From an uncultured Spirochaetales bacterium (GTDB lineage Bacteria; Spirochaetota; Spirochaetia; DSM-27196; DATKUC01): DNA of 64,000 nt. Positions 10,289 to 18,054 of this stretch are shown here, one piece after another. The notes below the pieces were generated by a model that was given only the letters and a program-made list of their open reading frames with translations, had not been told where the DNA came from and ran no database searches. Position 1 is the first letter of the stretch. Each line of letters begins with the position of its first letter. The DNA is taken from the NCBI GenBank assembly GCA_964553615.1, contig CAZKMA010000009.1:17864-81863 (forward strand), written 5' to 3'. The position numbers were made by a program, and so were the translations under genes.

Positions 10289-11081
10289 TCCGCTCCGGCA
10301 CCGTTACGGAATCCCGGATCCGGAGGATGGTGTCGTAAGCAGTGCGGATCCGTATAAAGGCCGCCGCGGATGCCGCCCGCTGTCGTTCGTCCAGACTTCC
10401 GAGGGTGTCCGGATGAAACTGTGCCGCAAGCGTTCGGAAAACCGCCCGAATTTCGGCCGTCGCCGCGTCCGGCGGGACACCGAGGATTGCGTATGCATCT
10501 TTGAGCCCGCGATCATTCGCCTCCGCATCGATATTCAGCAATTCGAATAGCTTGCGCATCTCCTTCCGTATCTCTCCGGAGTCGGACCAGACCATGGCGG
10601 AAAGCAGCTCCGCTACCTCGCCGCGCCGGTATTCGCCGAAGGACACCGTAACGGAGTTCTCGGCTTCGTCCGTCAGATGTGCTTGCAGACAAAGTGCCAG
10701 CTCGGAAACGTTCAGCCCGGCAGACAGGCGCACCGCCTGATCAATTGAACGATTTATGAGGTGAGCCCGCCGGCGGAAATTGCGTGAAACCGGAGGACGT
10801 CGCAGAAATGCCCTGAGCAGATCGATCTGCCGCACCAGAACCGCTCCCTGGAGAACACAGGCATACACCACTACCCCGATCAGAGCGAGCGATGCGCGAT
10901 CAATTCCGGGCGGAGCGCTTCCAAGCGGATTGAGAAAGAACCGCCGATACAGCGTCCGGTTCCGTCGTTCACGGAGAACCTGGTCAACAAGATACCCGAT
11001 GACAAAGCCGAAGAGAACGCCGAACGGACCCGCAACGATGCCCGCAGCGGCTCCAATCAGTCGCCCGAAAATTACCGGCAT
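10269..11081 (-). CDS. djlA: DjlA-like membrane-anchored J-domain co-chaperone
   Basis: N-terminal Gly-rich TM ([20 protein letters not shown]); C-terminal J domain AYAILGV...QFHPD. Confidence 0.75.
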   Translation of the reverse strand: MPVIFGRLIGAAAGIVAGPFGVLFGFVIGYLVDQVLRERRNRTLYRRFFLNPLGSAPPGIDRASLALIGVVVYACVLQGAVLVRQIDLLRAFLRRPPVSRNFRRRAHLINRSIDQAVRLSAGLNVSELALCLQAHLTDEAENSVTVSFGEYRRGEVAELLSAMVWSDSGEIRKEMRKLFELLNIDAEANDRGLKDAYAILGVPPDAATAEIRAVFRTLAAQFHPDTLGSLDERQRAASAAAFIRIRTAYDTILRIRDSVTVPERTIPPRA

Positions 11082-11083
11082 GG

Positions 11084-12805
11084 CTACTCCGTCGACTGCG
11101 CCGCGAGGGTCAGAAGCGCAAGTCCAAGGAGAACCGCCTGCGTGGCAACGAGCACCACGAGTGTAACCGTGAAGCCGGTATACAGCTGCAGGAATCCCAG
11201 AATCAGCCGAAATCCGTAGGTATACAGCCGGACGGCGTAATTGATAACGAATGGAACCACCGGGATGAGAAGCAGCGCAAGGAGCGGGGGCCTCGTCAGG
11301 TATCGGCTGCGCAACCTCCAGCCAAGACTGGTTGCAAAAAGTGACAAAACCACGAAACTGAACGGCATGAGCAGCCTGAGGAGAATCTCCAGATAGATGG
11401 GTTCCGGAGAGTACCCATACGAACGGAGCATCTTCACCGATGTCCAGAGGGGCACCAGGCCAACCGATGCGAGATGACCGGACCCCGCTGCAATCATATC
11501 CAGATCCGACGGCGGAACAGCCAGCCGGAAAACCGGCCCGGTATCCTTCGGTATGGCCCCGGCATATACGGTCGGCTCAATGCGGTTGTCTGCGTCCTCC
11601 CGGTCTATCGCGCGCAGCACGAGGTGCTTTCCTATCACCTTGCCATACGGTGCCTTCAGATGCAGCAGCACCTTACCGTCGGGAGAAATACGGAACAGTT
11701 CGACATCCATTGCATATATCCCCTGCGGGACGGTCACGAGCTTCCCGAGGTAGAGAAACTCGGTGTATTTGTCGGTACGCCCATTCAGGAACAGGACCTG
11801 TTGAACACCCGGCAGCGACGCGATTCCGGTTACTTCGTCGGTGAAAAAGGAAATACGACGCACGGCTTCCTTCGCCGCTGCAAGGTATCTTTTCACGTCC
11901 GGGTCCTGGGGAACCTTCTGTGAGAGCGCCAGGAAGGTGTAGTAGGCATCTATCGACTTGTCCGACTCGAGGTCGAGAAACCCTTTTCGCTTCTGCTCGA
12001 AAATGCTCGCCTGCTCTTTCTGGAGCTTGGAAAGGTCGACCTGCTGTATCTTGTCCAGAGACCGGGACTGAAGGCGTCTGGCGTCCGGCAGCCCTGCGTC
12101 AGATTGGAGCGCCAGCGTCGCGTAATAGTAGGAAGAGAAGTAGTCCTCGTTCGTGAAATAGGTGTTCCCTCGCGCAAGAAGCTCCGGACCCGAGAGCCCG
12201 TCCGGCGCGCCTGTTACGGGAGGAACCGAATCAGCCTTCCTGCTGCCGGATTCAGGCCCGGGTTCCGAAAGAAGCCGGGCTCTCGCGCTTCGAAACAGTT
12301 CGTCGCCACGATCATCCAGCGGATTTATCGCTCGATACTGAGTAGAGCGGGTAAGCGCGATCTGATACTTCCCGTCTTTCAACGCGGCAGTGGCAGTCTC
12401 AAGCAGTTCCCGGGAAAACGCGGTGTTGTAGGTGTAGGTGTCCAGTTGGAGCACCTTCTGCGGCATAATCCATTCCCGAGAAAACGCATACACAAGCGTC
12501 AGAAAGAGTAGAAGAACTATGGGTACCCTCACGAGAGATGGAAAACTGGCGGACCGTCCGGCACCTACCCGAAGATCCATGTCGTGAATAAAGACCGAAA
12601 AACCGAGCAACAGCGCAGTACACTGCAGAGGAATCGCGTAATCGATCACATTCACGAGCGAGTTGTTGAACACCCATCCCCAATAGTAGATGGAGAGCAC
12701 CTCACGTACGGGAAACTGAAAGAGTGAAAGAAAAAGGAAATACAGGAATCCGGCAAGATAGGTCAGGAACACGATCAGGACGATCCGGCTGCTCACTCTA
12801 CTCAC
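11084..12805 (-). CDS. Multi-pass membrane protein, divergent LptF/LptG-like architecture with a TPR-like helical insert
   Basis: Three N-terminal TMs ending in SREWIMPQ, a large helical then beta-rich soluble region, then EILLRLLMPFSFVVLSLFATSLGWRLR and three C-terminal TMs. GTG start overlaps the upstream stop. Confidence 0.55.
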   Translation of the reverse strand: MSRVSSRIVLIVFLTYLAGFLYFLFLSLFQFPVREVLSIYYWGWVFNNSLVNVIDYAIPLQCTALLLGFSVFIHDMDLRVGAGRSASFPSLVRVPIVLLLFLTLVYAFSREWIMPQKVLQLDTYTYNTAFSRELLETATAALKDGKYQIALTRSTQYRAINPLDDRGDELFRSARARLLSEPGPESGSRKADSVPPVTGAPDGLSGPELLARGNTYFTNEDYFSSYYYATLALQSDAGLPDARRLQSRSLDKIQQVDLSKLQKEQASIFEQKRKGFLDLESDKSIDAYYTFLALSQKVPQDPDVKRYLAAAKEAVRRISFFTDEVTGIASLPGVQQVLFLNGRTDKYTEFLYLGKLVTVPQGIYAMDVELFRISPDGKVLLHLKAPYGKVIGKHLVLRAIDREDADNRIEPTVYAGAIPKDTGPVFRLAVPPSDLDMIAAGSGHLASVGLVPLWTSVKMLRSYGYSPEPIYLEILLRLLMPFSFVVLSLFATSLGWRLRSRYLTRPPLLALLLIPVVPFVINYAVRLYTYGFRLILGFLQLYTGFTVTLVVLVATQAVLLGLALLTLAAQSTE

Positions 12806-13766
12806 TGTCGATCTCCCGTTTCCACCGATCAAAGGGCGGCAGGAGGACGTTAATGACAAACAGGAAAAATCCGATCAGGAGAATACCCGCCGGGGCGACG
12901 TAGGAGACAAAACGCGGCTGCACGATGGCGGCTGCGAATTCCCGAAACGAAGAGCTCTGGAGAAAGGTCCCGGCCGCGAGAAGCAACCGAAGCGCTGCGA
13001 ACGCAAGGATGCCGTTGAAAAGCGGCCAACGCGTCAGACGGATCAGGAACCAGAAGCCGGTCACACAGAACACGAACGCGAACACGGTACCAAGATACAG
13101 GGCGGAGTACCAGCGGGGTTGACCCCAGAAATAGTGTCCAAGCCCGCGTGCGTCCGCAAAGAGCGATTCGAGCACCGGCGCCGGTTGAAACATGTGCACG
13201 AAGGACGTTGCCGAATCGGCAATTCGGTACTCTCTCCCTGTTTCGGGTATTCGAATCTGATGTGTCTTCGGATCTACAAGCGCCTCATGGACCAGACGGA
13301 ACCCCGGTTCTTCGCCGTGACGGTAAACCGTCACATTTGTGAGGCTCAACCCCACCACCGATTCGGCGTAGAGATAGTCCTCTCCGAATCGGTAAACAAG
13401 TTTCGAAACAACGGTGTGAGAGGGGGGAATAGTCGGAGATAGTGAGACTCGGACCGCCTGGACACCGTAAATTCCGGAAACAAGAGCGGCCCCCGAAACT
13501 GCAGTCAGCAGAAACAGTGCAGTGAAACGAAACCGGCTCACGTTGAGCACCGGGAAAAGGGCAACGACAATTGAGATAAGGACTGCAACCGGATACACCT
13601 CGTGCAATCCGTTCAGCATCACGATTGAGAACAGTCTGGTGGACAGGCCTCGGCCCGGAATGTACGCCGCTCCCCAGACGGAAAGCACGTACAGCCCCAC
13701 CAGCAGAGCCGTGGTGAGCAGGCACACCAGGACGAAGCGAACGGGTACCAGGACTGCACTTTTCAC
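12798..13766 (-). CDS. Multi-pass membrane protein, possible divergent LptF/LptG-like permease
   Basis: Three TMs, a beta-rich loop (LYAESVVGLSLTNVTVYR), three more TMs. Start moved to GTG 13766, 8 nt after TTGCAA-17-TGtTACGAT. Confidence 0.55.
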   Translation of the reverse strand: MKSAVLVPVRFVLVCLLTTALLVGLYVLSVWGAAYIPGRGLSTRLFSIVMLNGLHEVYPVAVLISIVVALFPVLNVSRFRFTALFLLTAVSGAALVSGIYGVQAVRVSLSPTIPPSHTVVSKLVYRFGEDYLYAESVVGLSLTNVTVYRHGEEPGFRLVHEALVDPKTHQIRIPETGREYRIADSATSFVHMFQPAPVLESLFADARGLGHYFWGQPRWYSALYLGTVFAFVFCVTGFWFLIRLTRWPLFNGILAFAALRLLLAAGTFLQSSSFREFAAAIVQPRFVSYVAPAGILLIGFFLFVINVLLPPFDRWKREIDSE

Positions 13767-13865
13767 AACGGCTGATCGTAACACGGCGCATGGACTCTTG
13801 CAAGCGGACCAATAAAGCGTTACCCGGTCACAAGATATGAGTATATCTGTGGGGTTTTCCGCATT

Positions 13866-14110
13866 CAATACACAGGTTATCCACAGGGTGCGGGACGCGT
13901 GTCCGCATTCTTCCCATTTGCAGTAATTCTGCGCCGAAACGAGTTTTTTGTGAAGAAAGGCATTGACTCTGATTAAACCGTTTGTCAATAAGGAGTTATT
14001 GGATTCCCGGGAAAATGCCGGTTGAAAACTACGATTCTGTACCCCATATATCCTACAAGGATGTGTAGCGGATAGGCTGAATCTATTGTTTTATTAACAG
14101 GTTATCCACA
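13866..14110. other. DnaA-box cluster in an AT-rich intergenic region (candidate oriC)
   Basis: Perfect TTATCCACA at 13877-13885 and 14102-14110. Each is preceded across GG by a degenerate box (CAATACACA 13866-13874; TTATTAACA 14091-14099). Reverse 1-mismatch box TGTGAAGAA at 13949-13957. Confidence 0.65.
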
Positions 14111-14131
14111 ACCAATGTGGTACGTATATTG

Positions 14132-14800
14132 CTAAAACAGGCAGTAGCCCTGACCATGAGCCGTCTCTATCAGCTCACCGTTGCCCGGGGGGACCACCAC
14201 ATGCAGCTTTTTTCGTATGTGAGACACATGCATATCCACCACACGTGAGTCAGGCGCTTCGCGCCCCCACAGCGCAAAATAGAGCGCCTGCCGGGTAACA
14301 ACCCCGCCTCGATGCCGCGCAAGCATTGCCAGTATGCGATATTCGGGATAAGAGAGCGGGAGCTCACCAAGCGGACCGACAACACGGTCACGAAGTACGC
14401 TCAATGCCCCCCATGCATAGCCGATCCGCACTTCGAAAGCCTGCCGCGAGACCCGTGCCCAGAGTTCCTCTGCGTCCCAGGGCTCGCGAAGGTAGTCACA
14501 GCAGCCAAGAATGAACGCTTCCGATATGGCAGACGAGCCGCCATACGCTATGACCGGAGTACCCTCGACATTTGAAGTTTCGAAAAGTGTGTACATCCAT
14601 CGGACAGGCAGCACAACGACGTCACCCGGTCCGTCTTCGATGTCGACTTGATTGATTGCGTCGCTACCGTCAGGCGTGTCGCCGTAAACAACCTGAACCG
14701 AGGCAGGAAGCCCCCCGCGTTGGAAAAAAAACCGGACGCTCTCGCCCAGCGGACGATCGTCCGTTAGAAGAAGGACAACAGGATCATCCACCTGCCTCAT
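14132..14800 (-). CDS. OmpR/PhoB-type winged-helix regulator with an atypical (pseudo-)receiver domain
   Basis: C-terminal LSYPEYRILAMLA...SRVVDMHVSHIRKKL...IETAHGQGY. Receiver has DVVVLP at the phospho-Asp site and DYLREP instead of DYLxKP. Confidence 0.85.
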   Translation of the reverse strand: MRQVDDPVVLLLTDDRPLGESVRFFFQRGGLPASVQVVYGDTPDGSDAINQVDIEDGPGDVVVLPVRWMYTLFETSNVEGTPVIAYGGSSAISEAFILGCCDYLREPWDAEELWARVSRQAFEVRIGYAWGALSVLRDRVVGPLGELPLSYPEYRILAMLARHRGGVVTRQALYFALWGREAPDSRVVDMHVSHIRKKLHVVVPPGNGELIETAHGQGYCLF

Positions 14801-15593
14801 CGTGCATTTTCCGTTTCAGCTCCTCGAGCGCCTCATCGCCGGAAGGATTCTCAGTCCCGCCACTTTTCTGGGAGGATTGGTCCGTTGCGGCGTCTCCTCC
14901 CTGTGCGGTCTTCGGTCCCTCAATGGACATGCGTTTTTTCAGATCATCGAGCAGCAAATCGGCACTCGAGCTTCCGCTCTCCAGTGCCTTGAATTGAGAG
15001 TCCAGGTCGGAATCCTTTCTCATGTCGTCCAGCTCGCCCATGGCGTCAGCCTCGGCCTCTATCTGATCAACCCTGGCGGTCATTCGATCAAACACCTCAA
15101 ATGCCGAAGTGTCGGACATGCCGCCCATGGTCTGCTGAATCTTCTTCTGAGCTTCCGCCCGCTTTGCACGTGCTATAAGCAGGTTTTTCTTCCGCTGCGC
15201 CTCCTCGATCTTCTGCTGCAGTCCGCGAAGAGCTTCCTTGAGCTTCTCGACGGACTGATGCTGCGCTTCCCATTGCTGCTGATACTGGTTCGAATAGTTT
15301 TCGTATTCCTGCTTGCGCAGAAGTGCCTCTCTTGCAAGATCGTCTTTTCCGGCACGGACCGCAAGCATTGCCTTGCGCTCCCACTCCTGGGTTTGAGCGC
15401 GATTCTGCCCGATCTCCCGTTCGAGACGTTTTTCATCCGCAATTGAAGACGCAACGCTTTTTTTTGCTTCTATGAGCTGCTGATTCATGTCCACAATCAG
15501 CTGATTCAGCATTTTTTCCGGGTTTTCAGCCTTGCTGATCATATCGTTCAGGTTGGACTTAACCACCCGTCTGAATCGGTCAAAGATACCCAT
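14784..15593 (-). CDS. pspA: PspA/IM30 family protein
   Basis: MGIFDRFRRVVKSNLNDMISKAENPEKMLNQLIVDM, long coiled coil, AREAL, FDRM. Confidence 0.95.
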   Translation of the reverse strand: MGIFDRFRRVVKSNLNDMISKAENPEKMLNQLIVDMNQQLIEAKKSVASSIADEKRLEREIGQNRAQTQEWERKAMLAVRAGKDDLAREALLRKQEYENYSNQYQQQWEAQHQSVEKLKEALRGLQQKIEEAQRKKNLLIARAKRAEAQKKIQQTMGGMSDTSAFEVFDRMTARVDQIEAEADAMGELDDMRKDSDLDSQFKALESGSSSADLLLDDLKKRMSIEGPKTAQGGDAATDQSSQKSGGTENPSGDEALEELKRKMHDEAGG

Positions 15594-15605
15594 TACAAGG
15601 CCTCC

Positions 15606-15986
15606 TTACATATTCCTGTACTTGGAAAGTATTGGATAGTGCTGTGCGAGGGCAAGTCCTATTGCGTCGAGTGATGCCTGGAACTCTTCGTAATCCATAG
15701 TATCGAACTCCAGGGTGTCAAACAGGATAATGTGGTCCTCTTCAATTGCATAGGCTCCGTGCACCATATCCGCATTCAGCCGCAGAAGTTCTTCGTACAG
15801 CTCCGGCCTGTGCTCCGGCGGTGTCTCCATGACCTTCGCACGAATGGTTACCAGAGAATCCTGTGCGAACACCAGCACATTTCCCAGCCCTTTTTCGCTG
15901 TCATTGATGAGCCAGACGTTCTCACTTACTTCCTCATGGGTCAAGGATAGATTGATCATGTACCCTTCGATTTTTGATTTAACCAT
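15606..15986 (-). CDS. YbjN / type III secretion chaperone-like (CesT-fold) protein
   Basis: 126 aa; LYEELLRLNADMVHGAYAIEEDHIILFDTLEFDTMDYEEFQASLDAI. SD AGGAG before ATG 15986. Confidence 0.75.
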   Translation of the reverse strand: MVKSKIEGYMINLSLTHEEVSENVWLINDSEKGLGNVLVFAQDSLVTIRAKVMETPPEHRPELYEELLRLNADMVHGAYAIEEDHIILFDTLEFDTMDYEEFQASLDAIGLALAQHYPILSKYRNM

Positions 15987-15998
15987 GGGAACTCCTTC

Positions 15999-16017
15999 TG
16001 TGATTGAGCGTATCACA
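15999..16017. promoter_or_regulatory. Inverted repeat TGTGAT-N7-ATCACA just upstream of the ybjN RBS (candidate operator)
   Basis: Perfect 6-bp arms read directly from the sequence. Confidence 0.45.
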
Positions 16018-16029
16018 CCTGACTGCGCA

Positions 16030-16064
16030 GCAGCGCGCGGCTCACCCACCGGAGCCGTGGCTGC
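16030..16064. other. GC-rich hairpin between the STAS gene and ybjN
   Basis: GCAGC..CGGCTC-loop-GAGCCG..GCTGC. No U-tract on the minus strand, so not a clear intrinsic terminator. Confidence 0.45.
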
Positions 16065-16089
16065 GGCAAAATTCGATATCGATGCAGAC

Positions 16090-16641
16090 TCAGCCCAGGA
16101 AGACCTGACCCGAGTTGTCGATTGCGAGGATAGTCTTGCACTCTGAACAGCGGAATCGACCCGCCTTTGTTGCCTTCAGTTTCTTCGAACATATTGGACA
16201 CTTGAAGATCTTCGGAAAGACGTCGGACTCGACGGAAACCCCTCCCTTGGCAAAAAATTCCACCGCTTCGTCGAGATTGTCCTTGATATTGAAGAACTGG
16301 GAGAATCCGAGCAACTGGAATACTTCGTACACCTTCGGCTGGATCTCCAGCAGGACAAGGTCTCCCCCGCGCGGCTTCACGGCCTTGAGAAATGCGGTAA
16401 ATGAACCTATACCGGTACTCGAAACATAGTTGAGCCCGCCGCAATGGAAGATGAGCCTCGTAAAACCCGACTCGATCGCACGATTCACGCGCTTCTGAAA
16501 GAAGTTGGAGTTATACGTATCGATGTATCCGGTCAGGAAGAGAATCAGCGACCCATCGACCGAGTCCACCTTCTGCAGACGAATCTTGAGGCTTTCATCT
16601 TTTTCTTCGTCGAATCCCGGAACGATGTCGTTGTTGCTCAT
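16090..16641 (-). CDS. STAS-domain anti-sigma-factor antagonist with a C-terminal zinc ribbon
   Basis: GYIDTYNS, LNYVSSTGIG (phospho-Ser motif), VFQLLGF, C-terminal CPIC...CSEC. Confidence 0.9.
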   Translation of the reverse strand: MSNNDIVPGFDEEKDESLKIRLQKVDSVDGSLILFLTGYIDTYNSNFFQKRVNRAIESGFTRLIFHCGGLNYVSSTGIGSFTAFLKAVKPRGGDLVLLEIQPKVYEVFQLLGFSQFFNIKDNLDEAVEFFAKGGVSVESDVFPKIFKCPICSKKLKATKAGRFRCSECKTILAIDNSGQVFLG

Positions 16642-16742
16642 GGCTCCCCTTCAATCTGCTGGAGCAGTGTCTGCAAGAGCAGCATGCTCAGAGCTCACTG
16701 GATATTTTTACATGAGAAGGTCTCGAGAAGATCTTCTCCCTA

Positions 16743-16771
16743 ATAGTATTAGTCGGACGATTCTTTGTCAA
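16743..16771 (-). promoter_or_regulatory. sigma70 promoter for the STAS gene
   Basis: TTGACA-17bp-TACTAT on the minus strand, overlapping the SDR stop codon. Confidence 0.75.
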
Positions 16772-17505
16772 ATCATTCCGGCCGAAAGATCAATAATAGC
16801 TCCATTAATGAGGTCACCACCGGCACAAATCATCTCCGCGACAAATCTGCCAATCTGTTCCGGCTGCTGGAGCCTGCGCGTCCGCGAACGCGAAGTCCAC
16901 TCAGTTCTCTGCTCGTCTGTTATATATTCGGTATCAACATAGCCGGGCGTTACAACATTGCACGTAATATTTTTCGCACCGTATCCGCGCGCAACCGATT
17001 TTGCAAGGACTCCAAGGCCAATTTTCGCCGCCGAATACGCGGCAACGGTCGTATATCCCCGCATCGTGTCACCGCCGGTTGCCCCGAAAAGCACTATGCG
17101 CCCATAATCGCGGCGGGACATTCCGCTGAGAGCGCGGGAAACGAGATATCCAGGAAGTGCCAGATTCAAACCGGTCAGATAACTCCAGTCGGCCATGTTC
17201 ATCCCGGCGAGAGACGCCTGGAGATATGGACCGAAGGCGCAGATCAGAATGTCGACCGTCTCGGAGGCAACACCCAGAACCTCGGCATCTTCAAGCGAAC
17301 GAATCTCCTGCATGACCAGACTCGCCTGAACGCCGCTCGATCGAACCCGCTCGACAAGCCGTTCTCCCTTTTCCCTATTATGACCGCCGTGAATGATCAG
17401 CCCGGCGCCAAGACGCGCAATCTCGAGAACCACCGCCCGGCCGATACCGCCGGTACCGCCCACAACGAGCGCGGTCTTTCCCTTCAGATCCGCAGCTGCC
17501 GCCAT
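16768..17505 (-). CDS. Short-chain dehydrogenase/reductase (FabG-like)
   Basis: VVGGTGGIG, catalytic YSAAK, NVVTPGYVDT. Confidence 0.92.
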   Translation of the reverse strand: MAAAADLKGKTALVVGGTGGIGRAVVLEIARLGAGLIIHGGHNREKGERLVERVRSSGVQASLVMQEIRSLEDAEVLGVASETVDILICAFGPYLQASLAGMNMADWSYLTGLNLALPGYLVSRALSGMSRRDYGRIVLFGATGGDTMRGYTTVAAYSAAKIGLGVLAKSVARGYGAKNITCNVVTPGYVDTEYITDEQRTEWTSRSRTRRLQQPEQIGRFVAEMICAGGDLINGAIIDLSAGMI

Positions 17506-17533
17506 GATCGAAGGATATCACATCCGCAGGATT

Positions 17534-17562
17534 TAGACAAAGCGCGGGAATGCTGCTATACT
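17534..17562 (+). promoter_or_regulatory. sigma70 promoter (extended -10), divergent from the SDR promoter
   Basis: TAGACA-17bp-TATACT with TGc. The opposite strand carries TTGTCT-17-TGaTATCCT (17512-17540), 6 nt before the SDR ATG. Confidence 0.7.
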
Positions 17563-17571
17563 CGATGGATC

Positions 17572-18054
17572 ATGAAACGGAATCTTCTGGTTCTGCTGAT
17601 TTTCTTTGGCTCAATAGCCATGCTTTTCGCGGCAAATCAAAAGGATTTTGACAACACCGTGAATTTCAGTCTCAACATCGAGCAGATCGATACCCTCGTT
17701 TCGCAGTCAAAACAGGCCCAGATCGACCGGAATAGATACCTGATTCTCAACGGAGCGGTCGCGTCAATCGAGATTATCCGTCCCGATGAAAAGGACTTCC
17801 TCGCGCTCGTCGAGCTGGTGTCGGGCAAGTGGACCGGTCTCGAAAAGGTGAGCCTCTATCGAGTCTACGTGATCCTTTCAGGTCCCGAATACTTCAAACG
17901 ACTTCCCGCGCAGCCTCCGCGTACCCCGGAGCCAGGCATGATAGCGGTCAACGACAAGATCCTCGTGGTAGGCACATTTGCAGATGTCGGCCAGGCGCCG
18001 GACGGCAAGATGGTAGCCGTCATACGCGGCGACAAGGTTCGCCTGCTTCAGTAG
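17572..18054 (+). CDS. Hypothetical exported protein (possible OB-fold)
   Basis: MKRNLLVLLIFFGSIAMLFAA signal peptide. The 429-aa track ORF upstream of 17572 is antisense shadow of the SDR. Confidence 0.75.
   Translation: MKRNLLVLLIFFGSIAMLFAANQKDFDNTVNFSLNIEQIDTLVSQSKQAQIDRNRYLILNGAVASIEIIRPDEKDFLALVELVSGKWTGLEKVSLYRVYVILSGPEYFKRLPAQPPRTPEPGMIAVNDKILVVGTFADVGQAPDGKMVAVIRGDKVRLLQ

Noticed and set aside
10684-10699. Near-consensus sigma54 motif (TGGCAC-N5-CTGCA) on the minus strand
   Set aside because: It lies inside the djlA coding sequence, has a mismatch at -12, and has no downstream gene start.
13767-13988. N-terminal extension of the 396-aa ORF through the DnaA-box region
   Set aside because: Composition is not protein-like and is AT-rich; a good promoter sits right before GTG 13766.
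16765-17571. N-terminal 269 codons of the 429-aa track ORF, suggesting dual coding with the SDR
   Set aside because: A promoter at 17534-17562 and a signal peptide at 17572 define the real gene; the upstream part is shadow.
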